Source: Octopus sinensis (taxonomy: Eukaryota). Taken from it: a DNA stretch of 57,409 nt. The notes beneath the pieces are model-generated. The model did no database searches, was not told where the DNA came from, and saw only the letters and a list, made by a program, of their open reading frames with translations. Position numbers and translations under genes: made by a program. Position 1 is the stretch's first letter, and each line of letters begins with the position of its first letter. Shown one piece after another: positions 25,550 to 38,849 of this stretch. The stretch lies in NCBI RefSeq assembly GCF_006345805.1, contig NW_021833617.1, positions 1-57,409 on the forward strand, given 5' to 3'.

Positions 25550-28426
25550 CATACCAACTTTAAAATTAGATCATTTCTCCTTGAATATTTCTGAAATAAA
25601 GACTTCTACAGGCACATGATAGGTTTATTAGATTAGTATGTACACTCGCCAGACAGTCAAGACAACTAAAACTTTATAAACACATTGGAAATTCACGGTA
25701 TAAATCTCAAAATAGTCTTCTTTTGTTTACTAGATTCAAAAAGTAACTCGGAAAAAATAACTGATAAATATCGACAATTTTTTTAACAGTTTCAATCACA
25801 TGCCAAAGTATTTTGATAACATTTCTCTCCACCCAGTAAACAGAAAACCGGCGAAAAAGATGCGAGAGAATTGTAAAAGCATTTATCATATTCTAGATGT
25901 GAAATGGAAGATATAGAAAATGATTTACAAGTGAAAAAGTAGTGATGTAGCAATGGCAGATGATAGATACTTCAATCATTAGATTTTTACAACAATGTTG
26001 ACAGGAACTAAAGTCAAGGAGAGTCAAGAAACAATATTTTAATTCCGTTCTAGTTTCTGGGTTTAGAGTGACAGTATTCAACATCATCATAAAAGACACA
26101 AATACTGATTGGTTGTCCATAACAGTTGAAAAGACAATAAAAGAGGAAAATACCTAAACTGGGTAAAGCTGTAGTATGTGGTTGAGTTTCAATATTAGAG
26201 TCTTCTCTTATATTTTCTGATGTTCTGCTTTCTACATTGTTACATAGAAACTTATATTCAAGTGTAAAAAGCTTTGTCTGGCATCAGAGCTATTCACCCA
26301 GCAGCTCACACACCTCTGCCATCAACTTTACTGTTTCTTATTCCCAGCTCAGTAAATCTGTCCTCTTCAGAAGCATCCGTCCTTGTTTCTATTTTCCTTT
26401 CTACAACTGCCCAGTTTTAAAATCTCCCAAAAACACCCAAAATACAGCGCCTCCTCCCCCACACCTACCCACTTATCTTTCTTCAGATTGAACTAAACTA
26501 TTAAGAAATCCTCAGCAGACAAATCAATACAATATTTAGTTTAAATAAATTTAAGAACACTGAAACTTTGAATACTGAATAAAATTGGTCATTTACACCA
26601 CCACCAGCATCGTTGTTGTTGTTGTTGTTGTAGGTGGTGGTGGTGGTAGAAAGCAGTTGTGATTTTAATTTAATCGACCATTGATAATTTGATAGACTTA
26701 TTTAACATCAGGGTCATTATTCTGCAGTATACTATAGCAGGGATGCAACGAGCCTCTTACAAAAAATAGGACACAATATCAATATATTATCTTCAATTTT
26801 AAACAATTTGATAAAACACAAATTCCCAAGAAATAAAAATTTTTAATTTTACTTTGAAAATGATAGGACACATCACTGTCACAGTGTGTGTGTGTGAGAG
26901 AGAGAGAGAGTGTGTGTAAACATGATTAGTCCGCCAGGCTTTATACAAGTGGTAGCCTGAAACTGTTATATAATGTTGACTTGTATAATGTATAAAATAT
27001 AAGGAAATCAATAGTTAATAGTATTTCTAAATTTCTGAGATGTGTCATTATTGGAATAGTTATTTAATCATGGAAACCAGCATGGCTATGCCCATGCCTG
27101 AGCAACACCAGCAAAGATTACTGCAATCAAGACTGGTAAATTTAAATATACTAATATACAAAAATACTAATAATGTAAAGACCCTTAAAACAATGTGGAA
27201 CTGTAGGAATAAAAAAAAAGTCCATCAATATTTAGTAACTATTAATTATTATAGTTCTATGTAACATCTATAATATTATATTTATTAATCAATATTTAGT
27301 GTCATTATTATAGTTGCATGTAATAAATCCAATATGACAGCTAAAACAAACCATGGTGTTTTTCTGCACAGATTGTTACCTGCTAATCACATCAATTATT
27401 GATTAAGTTTATGTCCCTGATTCCAAGAGTTTAATAGAAGCTGTATTTACACATCATCATCATCCCCCTGATCAGGAGTAAAAGTGACAGTTCCAATGAA
27501 GTAGTTGAAATTGAGCAGGAAAGGTCAATGAAACAGATACCAGGGACACAGATGTTCTATCAAGGGAACATGGTGGAAAAGCTGAAACACGAGTACCAGA
27601 AATGTTTTGAAACTATTACAATCAATAGTAACAAATATGAAGTAGGTGTAATAGAAGAAAGCTAAGGTGATAGTTAGGAAGGAGAGAGATAGTGTGTGTG
27701 TGTGTGTGCACGTGTGTGTAAATAAGGTGTTGGTGGAGCAATTTATCTGCCATAAATTTCTGCTATGACTGACTAACCTTGTGGTCAGAGTCATCTTATG
27801 TCACTTATTTGTCACTGACCACTACCTTAGCTTAGTGTATTTAGCTGTAAATAGATACCATGTAGCGTGTTTCAGTATTTTGTAATGACCATTTCCACTA
27901 TTCTTGCACATTTTGACCAGTACTTTTACATTGTTTCTATTCAACAGCAACAACAATATCCCATAGTTATATTGTTGCAAATAAAGTTCTTTCTATTCCT
28001 AAACACTCTTGTGGTCCTGCGTTATTAAATGTTAGTTCTTTTAACTGAGAGTTGCTACAACAAAATCAAAAAACCATCAAGGTTTATTAACTACACAATA
28101 AGATATCTTACTCCTGAGTATACACATTATTCCAGGTTAGATTCCAGCTATGAACTTTGATTTCTAAATGAAGGGTTGTACGCCACCAGTGGCTTTACTC
28201 AATAAGGATGTTGTGACAAGCTTTCATTTAGAAATATCATGTCTCATGTAGATATTAAGGGAAACGTACCTATACTCTAAATATGAAGTGTTGTAAAAAT
28301 TATCTAAGCAACAATGACTCATCTCAGAAGTTTAGATATCTAATTTAAACAAAAATCATTAGTAGAAACAAGAAAGATCAAAGTTAGTTTCTACGTGGTG
28401 AGAAACTATCAATTTAACTAACTCAC

Positions 28427-28450
28427 CCTCTCGCCAATGGTTTCTTCCAC
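28427..28450 (-). CDS. Candidate 24-nt frame-preserving microexon (VEETIGER if phase 0)
   Basis: Minus strand: tatttttattcttttcag|GTGGAAGAAACCATTGGCGAGAGG|gtgagt. Consensus acceptor and donor, length a multiple of 3, no stop in any frame. Confidence 0.65.
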
Positions 28451-28739
28451 CTGAAAAGAATAAAAATACATATTCAACAAAAATTATATTACAATAAAAA
28501 GAAATGTAATAAAAGTGATTTCACAACAATCTGTTAGTGTTTACCCATAATTATTAAACTCTAACAAAAGACTAAGTCTTTTGTGTTCATTCTGTAAAGT
28601 TATTAAAGATGGTGAGATTTATTAAATTATCTGAAATACATTATTATATTTAGAGTATATAAATTACCCCGGACTAAATAAATATATATTTCCTTTCATT
28701 AATTAGCTGGTGGAGGGGAGTGGATCCGTGCCAGACAGC

Positions 28740-29370
28740 TGAAATCAATATGGTGAGCTAATATTCAATGGGAACTTTAGTAAGTTGACATATGTAGGGA
28801 AACTGGTAAGGAAGCGAATTCCAGAGTGTTCAAGTTGTGGCAATGACTGGAAATAAAGAATTTAGTGTGGGTGCAAGAGAATGGAACAGGGTATGAATGG
28901 GGGGAGGAGGAGGAGAAGGCTGCATGGGATTGGTCGTAGTGTATTAGTTGCTAGTTCAGAGAATGAGAGATGGTTGTAGAAGAGACAAATAGATCTGTGT
29001 GAATTAGTTGTTCTTGTGGTGGTGGTGGTGGTGGTGGCAGTGGTGGTGGTGGCGGTGGTGGTGGTGGCGGTGGCGGTGGTGGTGGCGGTGGTGTGTTGAT
29101 CTGACCAATTTGTGCGTGGAAAGCAACTCTAATTTTGGGGTGTTGAAGAGAATCAAAGATGAACTATGCTTTGCTCTTGAATATTCTGGATCCAGTTTCA
29201 ATGACATTATTAAGAAGCCTTCATCAGATGTAACGATGAAGCAGAATTTAGTTTTTAGTTGGGTGATGTTCATTGTTGGTCTGCTGGTTATGTGCAGCAA
29301 TTGACACTTTGGTGTTGTTTGATGGGGTCTGAATGAACATGTCCTCATTGCAAGATCTTTCTCAGGCCAT
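28740..29370 (-). mobile_element. Decayed LINE 3' fragment interrupted by (GGT)n
   Basis: The minus strand shows a decayed 'WNSL..FP..Y' terminal segment (ctggaattcgcttccttaccagtttccctacatatg). Confidence 0.45.
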
Positions 29371-30679
29371 TATTTATGAAAGCAGTGCATGTTTTGTGTT
29401 TCTTGTGTCTTTTCCCTCCACCCACCCCCAGCCAAATTAAATAATGACATTGCTGAAATATGAGTAATTGGATTTCTGGCAATAGTTAAAGAATATCTCT
29501 ATAACAATTATCAATGTAAAATACAACAATGTTTACTTGTTTATTTTTCCAAATAGTTGTGGCTAATGAATAAGGACATCCAGTGTCATAGATTGCAAGC
29601 AGAGATTTCTAGCACTCTTCATGTAGCAGTTCAGAGCTACTGAAATTGCAGTCTTTTGGATGTTTAGTTGTAGCCTCAAAGTTGAATAACTGTCTTAAAT
29701 TTATTGTATTAATGCTATCTCGATATTTTTAAGGTAAACTTGATGTGACAAAATATAAAACTCAATGAGACTCCATACTTCATTGTTAATTCTTACAACC
29801 GTTTCAAGTCTATTCCAACAAACATACAAAGCAACAGTGAAGAAACATCATGCAGAAAGGGAGATATGTCAAATATTTATCAACATGAAATAGAAAAGAA
29901 ATAGCAAAACAGAAGAATATTTTTTAACAATTAAAAAACAATAAGGACATAAAATCAAGACATAATATTAAGATTGTTCATTTAGCAAACTTTGTATAGT
30001 ATATATTATGCTTTAAACACAAACATTTGACAAATTTGCAGGGGTTACCGTTTTCTACAATCCAAACACATAACCATGTAATATACCTCAATATTGAACT
30101 TCTGAACTTTATAAACTGTGAAAGCAAACAGAAAGATCTATTTTTATGTTATACAAAACAGATATTTGTATTGAAGTTTTGTAAATATTAATGTGTAATG
30201 GATCATGTAGAAGTATTGGTAGAACCATTTAACAAAGCTATATATCTAAGCTACTGCACTGCACTACACGCATACATACAAGGATGGATGTCTGAGTAGA
30301 CAGACAGGCAGATCTATGGACAGACACACAGAAGATAATAGAACTGCTGGTAGGACCATTTAACACAGCTATAGCTCTTAGTTACTCACTCAAATATAAA
30401 CGGCTCCTTAAACATCAACTATACAAACTTTCACAGGGATATTTCACATGGAAACATGCTGCTGTTATCACTTAAGTTGCCCCTATCCCTAAACTCTCCC
30501 TACCTGTAACAAGGTACTCAGGCAAATGAGATAAAAGTATTAAAAAACAGAAACATATAATTTCAGTCACTGAACTGCAGTCATACTGGAGCACTACCTT
30601 GTAAGATTTAGCTGACTTCAGAATGGCTAACTTATGACCTATGGTTGTAATATAAAGCAATACAGCTAAAGACACACAG

Positions 30680-31115
30680 ACGCAGACATGAATGGATGGT
30701 TAAAAAGTTTGCTTCCTAACCACAGGTTTTCAAGTTCAGTTCTACTGCATGTCACATTTGGCAAGAGTCTTCTAGTATTGCCCTGGGCCAATGAAAACCA
30801 TCTCATAGAGTTTGGTACAGGGAAACTAAAAGAAGTGCATTGTGTGTGTGTGTTGTGTGTGTGTGTGTGTGTGCATGAGAGAGAAAGCATGTGTGCATGG
30901 GTGTGGGTGGGTGTGTTTGTCTCTCCTTGTCTTCACATTGTACAGTAGTTGTAAACTAACATTTGTGTCATTTGTTTCCAAACTTTCTGGCAAAATATGA
31001 CAGACCATGGAGAAGTATTACCTTACTTGGAAACAGGTGAAGACAGCTGACATGAAAAGCATCTGGCCATTGAAAATCACCTTCAATGAATTCTATTGAA
31101 CCCACACAAGCATGT
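30680..31115 (+). mobile_element. Decayed tRNA-derived SINE (family C head, family B-like tail)
   Basis: Head aagtttgcttcctaaccacaggttttcaagttcagttctactgcatg, a (TG)n middle, and a tail aaagcatctggccattgaaaatc...cccacacaagcatg. Confidence 0.65.
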
Positions 31116-31224
31116 GTATGTGTGTCAAAAGAACCAAACACCTCAAATATCTCTTTTTCCAGTTGACCTAACAGAGTAGCAGCCAGGCTCCTTCATTCAC
31201 TGTACGCATTATGTATATAACACA

Positions 31225-31400
31225 TCATCCTCCTCATTTAACATCCATCTCCTATACTAGCCCGAGTTGCATAGTCTGACATGATCCAACAAGCCAGCAA
31301 ACAATGTCATGCTCCAATGTCTGTTTTGGCAAGGTTTCTATGGCTGGAGGCCTTTCATAAAACTAAACACTTTACAGAGTGTACTGGGTGATTGTTTTCC
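31225..31400 (-). mobile_element. SINE family B / retroelement tail, decayed
   Basis: catcatcctcctcatttaacatcc...aggtttctatggctggaggcc is the reverse complement of the family B tail. Confidence 0.7.
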
Positions 31401-32780
31401 TTCTTTCCATACACCAGTAGTCCAGTTGGCAAGTAACTCACAAGTCAAAGTAGAAGACTCCCCCTACTGACTGGGATCACAGTAAAGAGGGATTTGAATT
31501 TGTCTCAGTCAGAGGATAATGTATGACAGAAGGACAAGCAAAAGTGTCTTCCCATGGAGAAGCTACATAGCTGCACTGCCTTGTGTATGGGGGAGAGGGA
31601 ATCGTTGGAAGGGAGTTGAAAATGGTGATGGTGAAGTATCAGGATGTACACTCAAGGTACAAGTAAGTGAATATAAGGGAGATATAGGCAGAGGGTCAGA
31701 AAGGGTGGGTGGACAAGATCATAAGCGCTGGGGTAGGGAATCACAGATGGTTAGAGATGGGGGTAGAGGTGAATGTAGTGTATGATGAACAAGAGTTGGG
31801 GGGGTATGGTGGATGGTAACTATCAGTGGAGTGGCAAAGTGAAGGAAATAGCAGTAGCTTGGGAAGAAGGAGGTGATAAGTGGCAGTAGAAGAAGGACAG
31901 AGAGCAGCAGTATAATAAACCTGTAGATAGGGGGGTGCAGAGTGGAAGAGTTGTGGTGGGAGGAAAGCATACAGTGACAAAGATGAATGTCAGAGGTTTG
32001 TAGGGTTGGCTATAGGGAACACCGGTAAGGAGGTGACTATCAACATATAAACAGGGGGGGAAGAGCAAACACACACACACACACACACATTTTGCTTAAC
32101 TGCATGGTCTCCGATTCAGACCAACCGTTTAGCACTTCCAATAAGTATCTTTGACTAGAACCTCAGGCTTGTCTGTGCAAGTGTGCACAAGGCTGCACAC
32201 ATCTTACCCATATAATTTAGCCTATAATACTTAAGTAGAGAAATATTTGCACTTCTAAGATACTAAAACAACCAAGTTGTTCAATAAAATTCTTACAACA
32301 AATCCCAGCTTAATCTTCTGTGTGACAAGCTGATTATACCAAGTTCACTAAAATAAGAAGCCATGTCTTTAATACAAATTCATCTATAATCAAGTAAATA
32401 TTTAAAGCTCCAAACAATTAAATAATATTAAAATGTCTGTGTCAGATTCATCAAAATCTAACAAATATTTGTGTTCCTCTATTCTATGTTCAAATCCTGT
32501 CAAAGCAGAATTTTTCCATAGGTTGAAAGTTTCTATTTGTTATACAAACTTATTAAGACATTTGTTAAGAGAAACTAAAATATATAATAAGCCATACTAA
32601 ATACACTCTTCAGCAACACAATAGTCATAATTAATTAATTAATTAATTAAGGCTAATTAATTTTGCATCAATAATCTATTTGTTGGTGTTTTTTCAAACA
32701 TTAAGAAGTTCCCACAAGATGCAGTTCTCTAAATATGCACACACACACACACACACACACATGTGCACTCACACACGTAT

Positions 32781-32830
<50 letters not shown>

Positions 32831-34079
32831 CAACTGACTCAACAGAATGTTCATTTCACATTTGTGCTCATCCTGGATGGAGTTAACAGATAAAAAAACA
32901 TCCATGTGAAGTGACACACAGACAGACATCAAGAAAGCCTTTAATTGAGAAAAAAACAAGCAAAATAGAGAAAAGAACTAAAAAATGGTTAAAACGTCAT
33001 CATTTTCATCAATCACCTCAAATAGTCCTCGTTAGCTACTTTTTCATCAACAGACAGGCAGGCAGACAGACTGATGGACAATGGACAGGCAGAGCAGAGT
33101 AACTGAGTCCTCTTCATTATTTGTTGTGTCAATCAGTTAAAAATCAACAATGAGATATATTCTGATGATGATGATGATGATGACACAGTAAGCAGCAGCA
33201 GCCAAAATAATAAATGAGGAGTGAAGGCCGTTGAAGTGGCAGAACTGGCAGAGTCGGGAGCTAAGTTTTAACCAAAAGACATTTTTCAAATGAAAAGGAA
33301 CAAGAAAACAAGAAAAAGAAACAAGAATCTAATTTCATAGAGAGGTGGAGGTGGGAGGAGGCTGCATGCAAAGAAAAGAAATGTTTTCAGTGGAGTCGAG
33401 ATAGAGTTTGAAATGTGTGATCTGGGGAGAAACAGCAATAAATCAATAATAAAGTATTATCTGGGGAGAAACAACAGAAATAATAATCGTATTTTGGATT
33501 TGTTGTTATTGTTTTATGAGAGAAGAATTTTGTTATTTTTGTCAATAATTAGGTCCTTAAATTTCTACTAAGGACCCAGAAGAAACTAAACTCTAAACTG
33601 AAAGTAACATTCTGTCTCGAAAGTTGAGGGAAGAACAAAATAAATACAATTCTTATCTTGAGGTGTACATGTGATGAAAAACAATGTCCTCCATGTGAAA
33701 ACTGTTTGTCTCAGCCATGGTAGGTAGAGTCGTTAGCTTATAAGTAGGAAAATGAGGATTCTGTAAAGTCTAACTAAGAACCATTAATATGGTGCAGTGT
33801 TAGCTGTTGGTGAGCAGCTAGTTACTAGCAAGCTGTATTCAATGAATGGAAAGAGAGGGGCAAGGAAGGGCTGCCACCAAAGGCTATTAAAGGTGCAGAA
33901 TGCATGGAAAGAACAGGGCCTTCCCAATATAGACCAAACAAAGGGATTGACCATTCTTATACACAGCAGCATGATAACAGTTAAGGCAAATGAAAGCAGA
34001 GAAACCTCCTGGTTATTAGGAATTACTGTTGAAAATGTTGAAAATATACGAGTGGATACTGAGGAAACCAGGGGTAGAT

Positions 34080-35160
34080 AAACAGCTTGTGAGTTTCATG
34101 CAAACCATGTACATAGGAGCAGTCAGCAAGACGGAAATTAGCAATGAATACAGCATATGATCCACCAGTACACAATTCTCAGTCCCTTTCTATCGATCAT
34201 AGTCCTCTAGAAAGACTATGATCAATTGATTAGAGGAGTTTTATGCTGGAAGGCCCAAGGGAAGTCCAAAATGCTGAAAAGCTTTTTCTTGTAGCTGAGT
34301 CTGCAGCAGAATTAGAGTAGAAATTCCAAACACTGAAGAAAAATCTGGAATCACAAGGTCTCGACATTAATTTAGCAAAGAGCAAAGTCCTAGTAAGTAG
34401 GAATACAGATGCTGGTGGCTTCAGGAAAATTATCTTATTTGATATGTAAGGAAGAATTAAGTGGAAATTCTATACAGCGTAACCAGTGAAAAACATAAGA
34501 TGCAGTGGACTCACAAAAAGATTAACAGAGGAATTAGGCTTTGTATGTGCAAGAAACACTAAGAACACACAGGAAACAGACTCACTCAAATACCCAGGAA
34601 ATTACCTAGAAGTAGTAGAAAGTTTCTGCTCCTGAGGTGAGCTAATTAGCAGTGGAGGAGGTTGTTCTCTAAGTATAATCTCTAGAATAAAAACAGGATA
34701 GGCTAAGTTCAGAGAACTTTTAGCTTAGTTGGAAACAGATGGTTTCTCATTCAGAATGAAAAGCAGACCAGCTGATGCTTTTGTACTTCAGGGTAGTGAG
34801 ACTTGGACCCTGAATAAAAAGGACCTGCAAAAACTAGAAGAAAATTAAGCAAGCATGCTTCACTAATGTGCAATATCAGCATACATAAATGATGGAGTAC
34901 AAATGCATTGATGAAGACTGGACATAAGAGGAGTCAGTTGTAGTGTGCAAGCAAGATGAATGTATTGGTCGGGGCTTAGAGATGAGGACAGCTGCATAAA
35001 TGCCATTTGCTAACAGTACATGGAAGCTGCAAGAAAGGGAAGACCAGGAAGATGTGAAATGAAGGGATGAAGGCTTATCTTAAGATGTGGAGATATAAAG
35101 GACTGAAATGACTGGTGATATGCAGGACTTGAGAGGACTTGGCCAGCAATGCTGGTAGAG
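34080..35160 (+). mobile_element. Decayed RTE-like LINE (RT and downstream region)
   Basis: Remnant LESQGLDINLAKSKVLVS, LEVVESFC, ISSGGGCS and GSETWTL motifs, with many stops. Confidence 0.7.
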
Positions 35161-36039
35161 CAAAACTGAGGTTCTGGAAGCATAATAGACACTATGCCCT
35201 TGTCAGTCCTACAATCTTATCTTGATGGTTCTTATATCTGCTGCATTATTCTGCTACTGTAATTAATGAAAGAAGAACCTATTATTACATCCAGTATCAT
35301 CACCCTTTCTGTATTAACAGTCATCACTCCCTGTTCCTTCTTAGCGACATCTATCCCTCATGCTTACAACCATCACCTCCTACTCATATTTACCACCTCT
35401 CCACCCTGTTCACCAGTCACCCCTTCCACTCTTATTTCAATCCATCTTTCACTCCTTCCCCGACACTCTGCTACCTTTACTCACCCTTCCCAATTCTTCA
35501 GTCTCCGCACTCTCTTCTCTTCATCTTTCTAGCCATTTTAGCACCCTTAACACCACCATTAAGACAAACCTTAGACAGTTTAGTGTCTCCCTCTGCAGTT
35601 ATGCTGTATTAGGTGCAATCCCCTCACTGCTCCACTAAAGATTACAATACCAACTACTCACCTATCAATCTCATTTCTAACATCATAAACAGGATAAAAA
35701 ATAATCAACATCTGACTACTTCATCACTTTCTCCACCATAACCTTCGGCACAATTTCAACAGAATCCCACCAACCAGATATTTCATCTTCTACACCATAC
35801 ACTTGTGGTTTCTCGACCCTTGACAATTTTAACAATACAATGTTCTTCACATCATAACATTCAGTGATTGCTGTTGTAAGAATCTCCAATAAGTAAGCCA
35901 CCTATAGATTCCATTACATTTCTCACTCTTTTAGATTACAATTTCCCTGGTACACAATCCATCACAGCAAGCATTAACAGAGTTATCACAACCCCACAGT
36001 CTTTTTTTATAATAGTTTAATCTGGAAGAAGGGGCTGTG

Positions 36040-36410
36040 GTTATGGCTTTTGCAGAGAGTAGTGAGACTAATGCTGGTAACATTCAGCTTAAACTGTAGC
36101 AAGCCAAAGACTGCAGGAAAAACATGAGCAGGGAGGGAATTGAGAAGGGCCAACATTGTAGGGAGGCTAGTGGTTAGGGCAGAGCTGAAAAGAGGAAAGT
36201 AAGAAGCAAGACTGCTTAAGTGGAGATGGCAGGGGGACAGCTAATTTTGGGGAGCAAAGGCCAGTATAGTAGTGGTAGAAAAGACAGAGAGAGGACACAG
36301 CACATCTGTAGGCCAGAGGTTGGAAGGATGTTGTATAAATCACTTGGGTGGCTTCTCTTTGAATGTGCTCAAGGACATCAAGCAATTCACCGACCAACTC
36401 ACTGTTATTT
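36040..36410 (-). mobile_element. LINE ORF2 C-terminal remnant (CR1/Jockey-group-like)
   Basis: LDVLEHIQREATQVI...FQPLAYRCAVSSLCLFYHYYTGLCSPKL. Confidence 0.7.
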
Positions 36411-36412
36411 TT

Positions 36413-36453
<41 letters not shown>

Positions 36454-36789
36454 ACACACACACACAGATGACACTACTCTTTCTTCCTTCTTAATCTTCA
36501 ACACACAGAATGTATCCATAGCTGTACTTCTTTTTTATGAATAAAGAAGCCCAACACAGTAATGGCAACCTGATATTTAATCTCCATCAACAATTCCACA
36601 GAATCTTTGTACACAGCAAAAAGGCAGTCTTACAACACAATAACTAAAACTCTCAAAATCAATTTTAAAAACTCGGTTCCATAATCTTTAGTAACTTGTA
36701 ATAAAACCTCACACATAGAACATTGCCAAACAAAGTTTCTTTTCTCCCAGCAGCGGCAGCAACGCAACAAGTATATCCACATGAACAGG

Positions 36790-38693
36790 GATGAGTAGGA
36801 GAAGAAGCACGTCCATGTGGATGGGCATGAGCAGGAGAAGGAGCACGTCCATGTGGATGGGCATGAGCAGGAGAAGAAGCACGTCCATGTGGATGGGCAT
36901 GAGCAGGAGAATAAGCACATCCATGTGGATGGGCATGAGCAGGAGAAGAAGCACGTCCATGTGGATGGGCATGAGCAGGAGAAGAAGCACGTCCATGTGG
37001 ATGGGCATGAGCAGGAGAAGAAGCACGTCCATGTGGATGGGCATGAGCAGGAGAAGAAGCACGTCCATGTGGATGGGCATGAGCAGAGAAGAAGCACGTC
37101 CATGTGGATGGGCATGAGCAGGAGAAGAAGCACGTCCATGTGGATGGGCATGTGCAGGAGAAGGAGCACGTCCATGTGGATGGGCATGAGCAGGAGAAAA
37201 AGCACGTCCATGTGGATGGGCATGTGCAGGAGAAGAAGCACGTCCATGTGGATGGGCATGAGCAGGAGAAGAAGCACGTCCATGTGGATGGGCATGAGCA
37301 GGAGAAGAAGCACGTCCATGTGGATGGGCATGAGCAGGAGAAGAAGCACGTCCATGTGGATGGGCATGAGCAGGAGAAGAAGCACGTCCATGTGGATGGG
37401 CATGAGCAGGAGAAGAAGCACGTCCATGTGGATGGGCATGAGCAGGAGAAGAAGCACGTCCATGTGGATGGGCATGAGCAGGAGAAGGAGCACGTCCATG
37501 TGGATGGGCATGAGCAGGAGAATAAGCACGTCCATGTGGATGGGCATGAGCAGGAGAAGAAGCACGTCCATGTGGATGGGCATGAGCAGGAGAAGAAGCA
37601 CGTCCATGTGGATGGGCATGAGCAGGAGAAGAAGCACGTCCATGTGGATGGGCATGAGCAGGAGAAGAAGCACGTCCATGTGATGGGCATGAGCAGGAGA
37701 AGAAGCACGTCCATGTGGATGGCCATGAGCAGGAGAAGAAGCACGTCCATGTGGATGGGCATGAGCAGGAGAAGAAGCACGTCCATGTGGATGGGCATGT
37801 GCAGGAGAAGAGCACGTCCATGTGGATGGGCATGAGCAGGAGAAGAGCACGTCCATGTGGATGGGCATGAGCAGGAGAAGAAGCACGTCCATGTGGATGG
37901 GCATGAGCAGGAGAAGAAGCACGTCCATGTGGATGGGCATGAGCAGGAGAAGAAGCACGTCCATGTGGATGGCATGAGCAGGAGAAGAAGCACGTCCATG
38001 TGGATGGGCATGAGCAGGAGAAGAAGCACTTCCATGTGGATGGGCATGAGCAGGAGAAGAAGCACGTCCATGTGGATGGGCATGAGCAGGAGAAGAAGCA
38101 CGTCCATGTGGATGGCATGAGCAGGAGAAGAAGCACGTCCATGTGGATGGGCATGAGCAGGAGAAGAAGCACGTCCATGTGGATGGGCATGAGCAGGAGA
38201 AGGAGCACGTCCATGTGGATGGGCATGAGCAGGAGAAGAAGCACGTCCATGTGGATGGCATGAGCAGGAGAATAAGCACATCCATGTGGATGGGCATGAG
38301 CAGGAGAAGAAGCACGTCCATGTGGATGGCATGAGCAGGAGAAGAAGCACGTCCATGTGGATGGGCATGAGCAGGAGAAGAAGCACGTCCATGTGGATGG
38401 GCATGAGCAGGAGAAGAAGCACGTCCATGTGGATGGGCATGAGCAGGAGAAGAAGCACGTCCATGTGGATGGGCATGAGCAGGAGAAGAAGCACGTCCAT
38501 GTGGATGGGCATGAGCAGGAGAAGAAGCACGTCCATGTGGATGGGCATGTGCAGGAGAAGAAGCACGTCCATGTGGATGGGCATGAGCAGGAGAAGAAGC
38601 ACGTCCATGTGGATGGGCATGAGCAGGAGAAGAAGCACGTCCATGTGGATGGGCATGAGCAGGAGAAGAAGCACGTCCATGTGGATGGGCATG
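36790..38693. repeat. 36-bp minisatellite, ~53 copies (GCATGAGCAGGAGAAGAAGCACGTCCATGTGGATGG)
   Basis: Near-identical head-to-tail units over ~1.9 kb, with a degenerate extra unit at ~36760-36800. Confidence 0.98.
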
Positions 38694-38849
38694 AAAATAT
38701 ATATAAAAATATATAATGAGTTAGTTCACTGACTGAATAACGAAACTCAATATTTCAAAGTAAATCATTTTATTTTCTCAATACTAATTCTTTATTATTA
38801 ATTAGAGACAGAGTTCAAGTTCTTCGTGGAATCTGAGTTACATTTCTGT

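Noticed and set aside
36630-38692. EGF-like, reflectin or histidine-rich beak protein identity for the repeat translations
   Set aside because: CSCPSTWT lacks EGF cysteine spacing. PIHMD lacks the Tyr/Arg-rich reflectin motif. The His frame lacks the Gly-rich GHG-type repeats.
36790-38693. CRISPR array (36-bp repeat length)
   Set aside because: Units are contiguous with no unique spacers, there are no cas genes, and the context is eukaryotic.
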